A DNA stretch of 64,000 bases, taken from Chrysomallon squamiferum (Eukaryota > Animalia > Mollusca). Numbering within the stretch: the stretch's first letter is position 1; each line of letters starts with the position of its first letter. The translations under genes were made by a program, and so were the position numbers. Shown here piece after piece: positions 62,636 through 64,000 of the stretch. The DNA is taken from positions 8,246,001 through 8,310,000 of the forward strand of contig CM022673.1 of NCBI GenBank assembly GCA_012295275.1. Direction: 5' to 3'. A model generated the notes under the pieces. The model ran no database searches. It saw only the letters and a list, made by a program, of their open reading frames with translations, and was not told where the DNA came from.

Positions 62636-63813
62636 ATTGTCTATTAATTCTGATTAATCTGACAAATAAATTATTTTGATGTTTTGATATTGACTAAATT
62701 AAACAGAATGTTTCCGACTAACCTGCCAGGTCTGTATAATTTTGAAGACAAAATGTTATCCAGCATTCCTCCAGTGTTACCAATTTTGAAACACCCTGCT
62801 TTGAGTCCACCAACCTGTTAAATAAGTATTATAGACCAAAAAATATCAAGATCACTACATAAATACAAATATGTAATAATCCATAGAATTTCAAACACCT
62901 TAAACCTACTGAACTGAGCACACAATTTCAATATAAGTCATGGGTTATATGAATAAATGAAGTGTTGAAAATGGTTAAGAAATTATATTATTTTAATGTA
63001 ATTATTTTTTTTTTTTTTTTAAAAAACAAATCCACTGATGCTAATAATTATATTCTGGCAGGACAAACAGTCAAGTACAATGATCCAAAACTGTATTTTG
63101 CATTAGCATGTAATATATTCTTTTTAACTTTAATAATTTTATTTAAATGAAAAATTACTGTGGCTGGTCCGATAACTGTCACTCCTTTTTCATTGGCTTT
63201 CTTGATAATCAGTCTGGTAAGATTCTCTGGAATCCCTTCAGCAATAATAGCAATAGTTCTTATCTGTTAAAATAAAATAAATATCATGACATAACAAATG
63301 TTATTTAAAAAAAAAAATAAACTGAAATTTCTTTTCTTATTAAAAAAACAAACAATAAAATTCTACTTTTAAGAATATAATACTGTATTGACAAAAAGAA
63401 AATAATAATTATCTTGCTTCATTTGTAAGTACCTCAACACAATATATCTTAAGTGAACATGAGGGATGAAAATATAACTGCAACATCTATCAGACTTAGG
63501 ATTTTAATTTGCATTTTTTTTTAAAGTTCTATCACATACTTTACAAGTACAACAAAACTAAGGAAAAAGATGGCCATATTTAATTTGCAGATTTATTATA
63601 TATAATATTATTTGAAACAACACTGTTACATTTCAGATCAAAATGTTAATAACAAATAAAAACAAAATGAAACAGCATTTAAATAATTGTAATGTACCTG
63701 TGTGAATTCCATTGCCTCCATTGTACTTTCATAAGCTGATCTTAGTGATGCAAAGCTAACAAGCACTTCAGCATTTGGATGTTTGGTCATAGCATCAGTA
63801 ATTTGTTTATATA
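56537..63813 (-). CDS. ACLY: ATP-citrate synthase (ATP-citrate lyase), 5'-partial, last 14 coding exons
   Basis: Exons (minus) 63813-63698, 63263-63159, 62814-62723, 61923-61819, 61539-61458, 61173-61063, 60758-60631, 59843-59750, 59496-59342, 58889-58739, 58559-58416, 57553-57440, 57134-57052, 56714-56537 (TAA). Motifs [38 protein letters not shown] (phospho-His), [39 protein letters not shown]. Gene continues beyond the window. Confidence 0.98.
57998..58331. mobile_element. hAT-type MITE (334 bp) in an ACLY intron
   Basis: TIRs CAGGGATCGGCAACC... and ...GGTTGCTGATGCCTG, with a perfect 8-bp target-site duplication TCATAAAA at 57990-57997 and 58332-58339, and an internal (CA)n tract. Confidence 0.92.
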
Positions 63814-64000
63814 CTAGGAAACAAATCAACCATTTTATTAAATTCATGAATACTGTGCTAACAAGGAGTATGAAAAAATCATTCTGTTAAATTTTTTAGA
63901 TTTAGTAAATGACTGAAAATTAGACTGTATTAGAAAAATTTAAAAACTGAAATGAAATACATTATAATTATCAAATGATTAGTTAAAATTTGTTATTCTT

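Overview
AT-rich, microsatellite-dense animal genomic DNA with spliceosomal introns, probably a gastropod mollusc (inferred from repeat types and gene structure, not proven). Exons were reconstructed by hand from splice sites and phase continuity. Seven protein-coding genes are supported. Plus strand: the 3' part of a polypeptide GalNAc-transferase (413-5285), a secreted DNase I-family gene with a basic C-terminal tail (9228-12994), and two tandem paralogous small single-pass membrane proteins missed by the ORF track (13565-15337, about 84 aa; 16214-18239, 161 aa). Minus strand: an EF-hand-less calpain with two CBSW domains (20900-29642), an unorthodox AQP11/12-type aquaporin with both NPA boxes replaced and a 1-nt frameshift (41644-45204), and the 3' part of ATP-citrate lyase (56537-63813). 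Mobile DNA includes a FLYWCH-MULE relic, a Tigger/pogo deletion derivative, a hAT MITE with an 8-bp TSD, a TIR element and several dispersed or tandem repeats. The best novelty candidate is the orphan membrane-protein pair: shared exon structure, shared TGACGTAA promoter motifs, and contrasting tyrosine motifs (YPNM/YVN versus ITIM-like SSYSVL).
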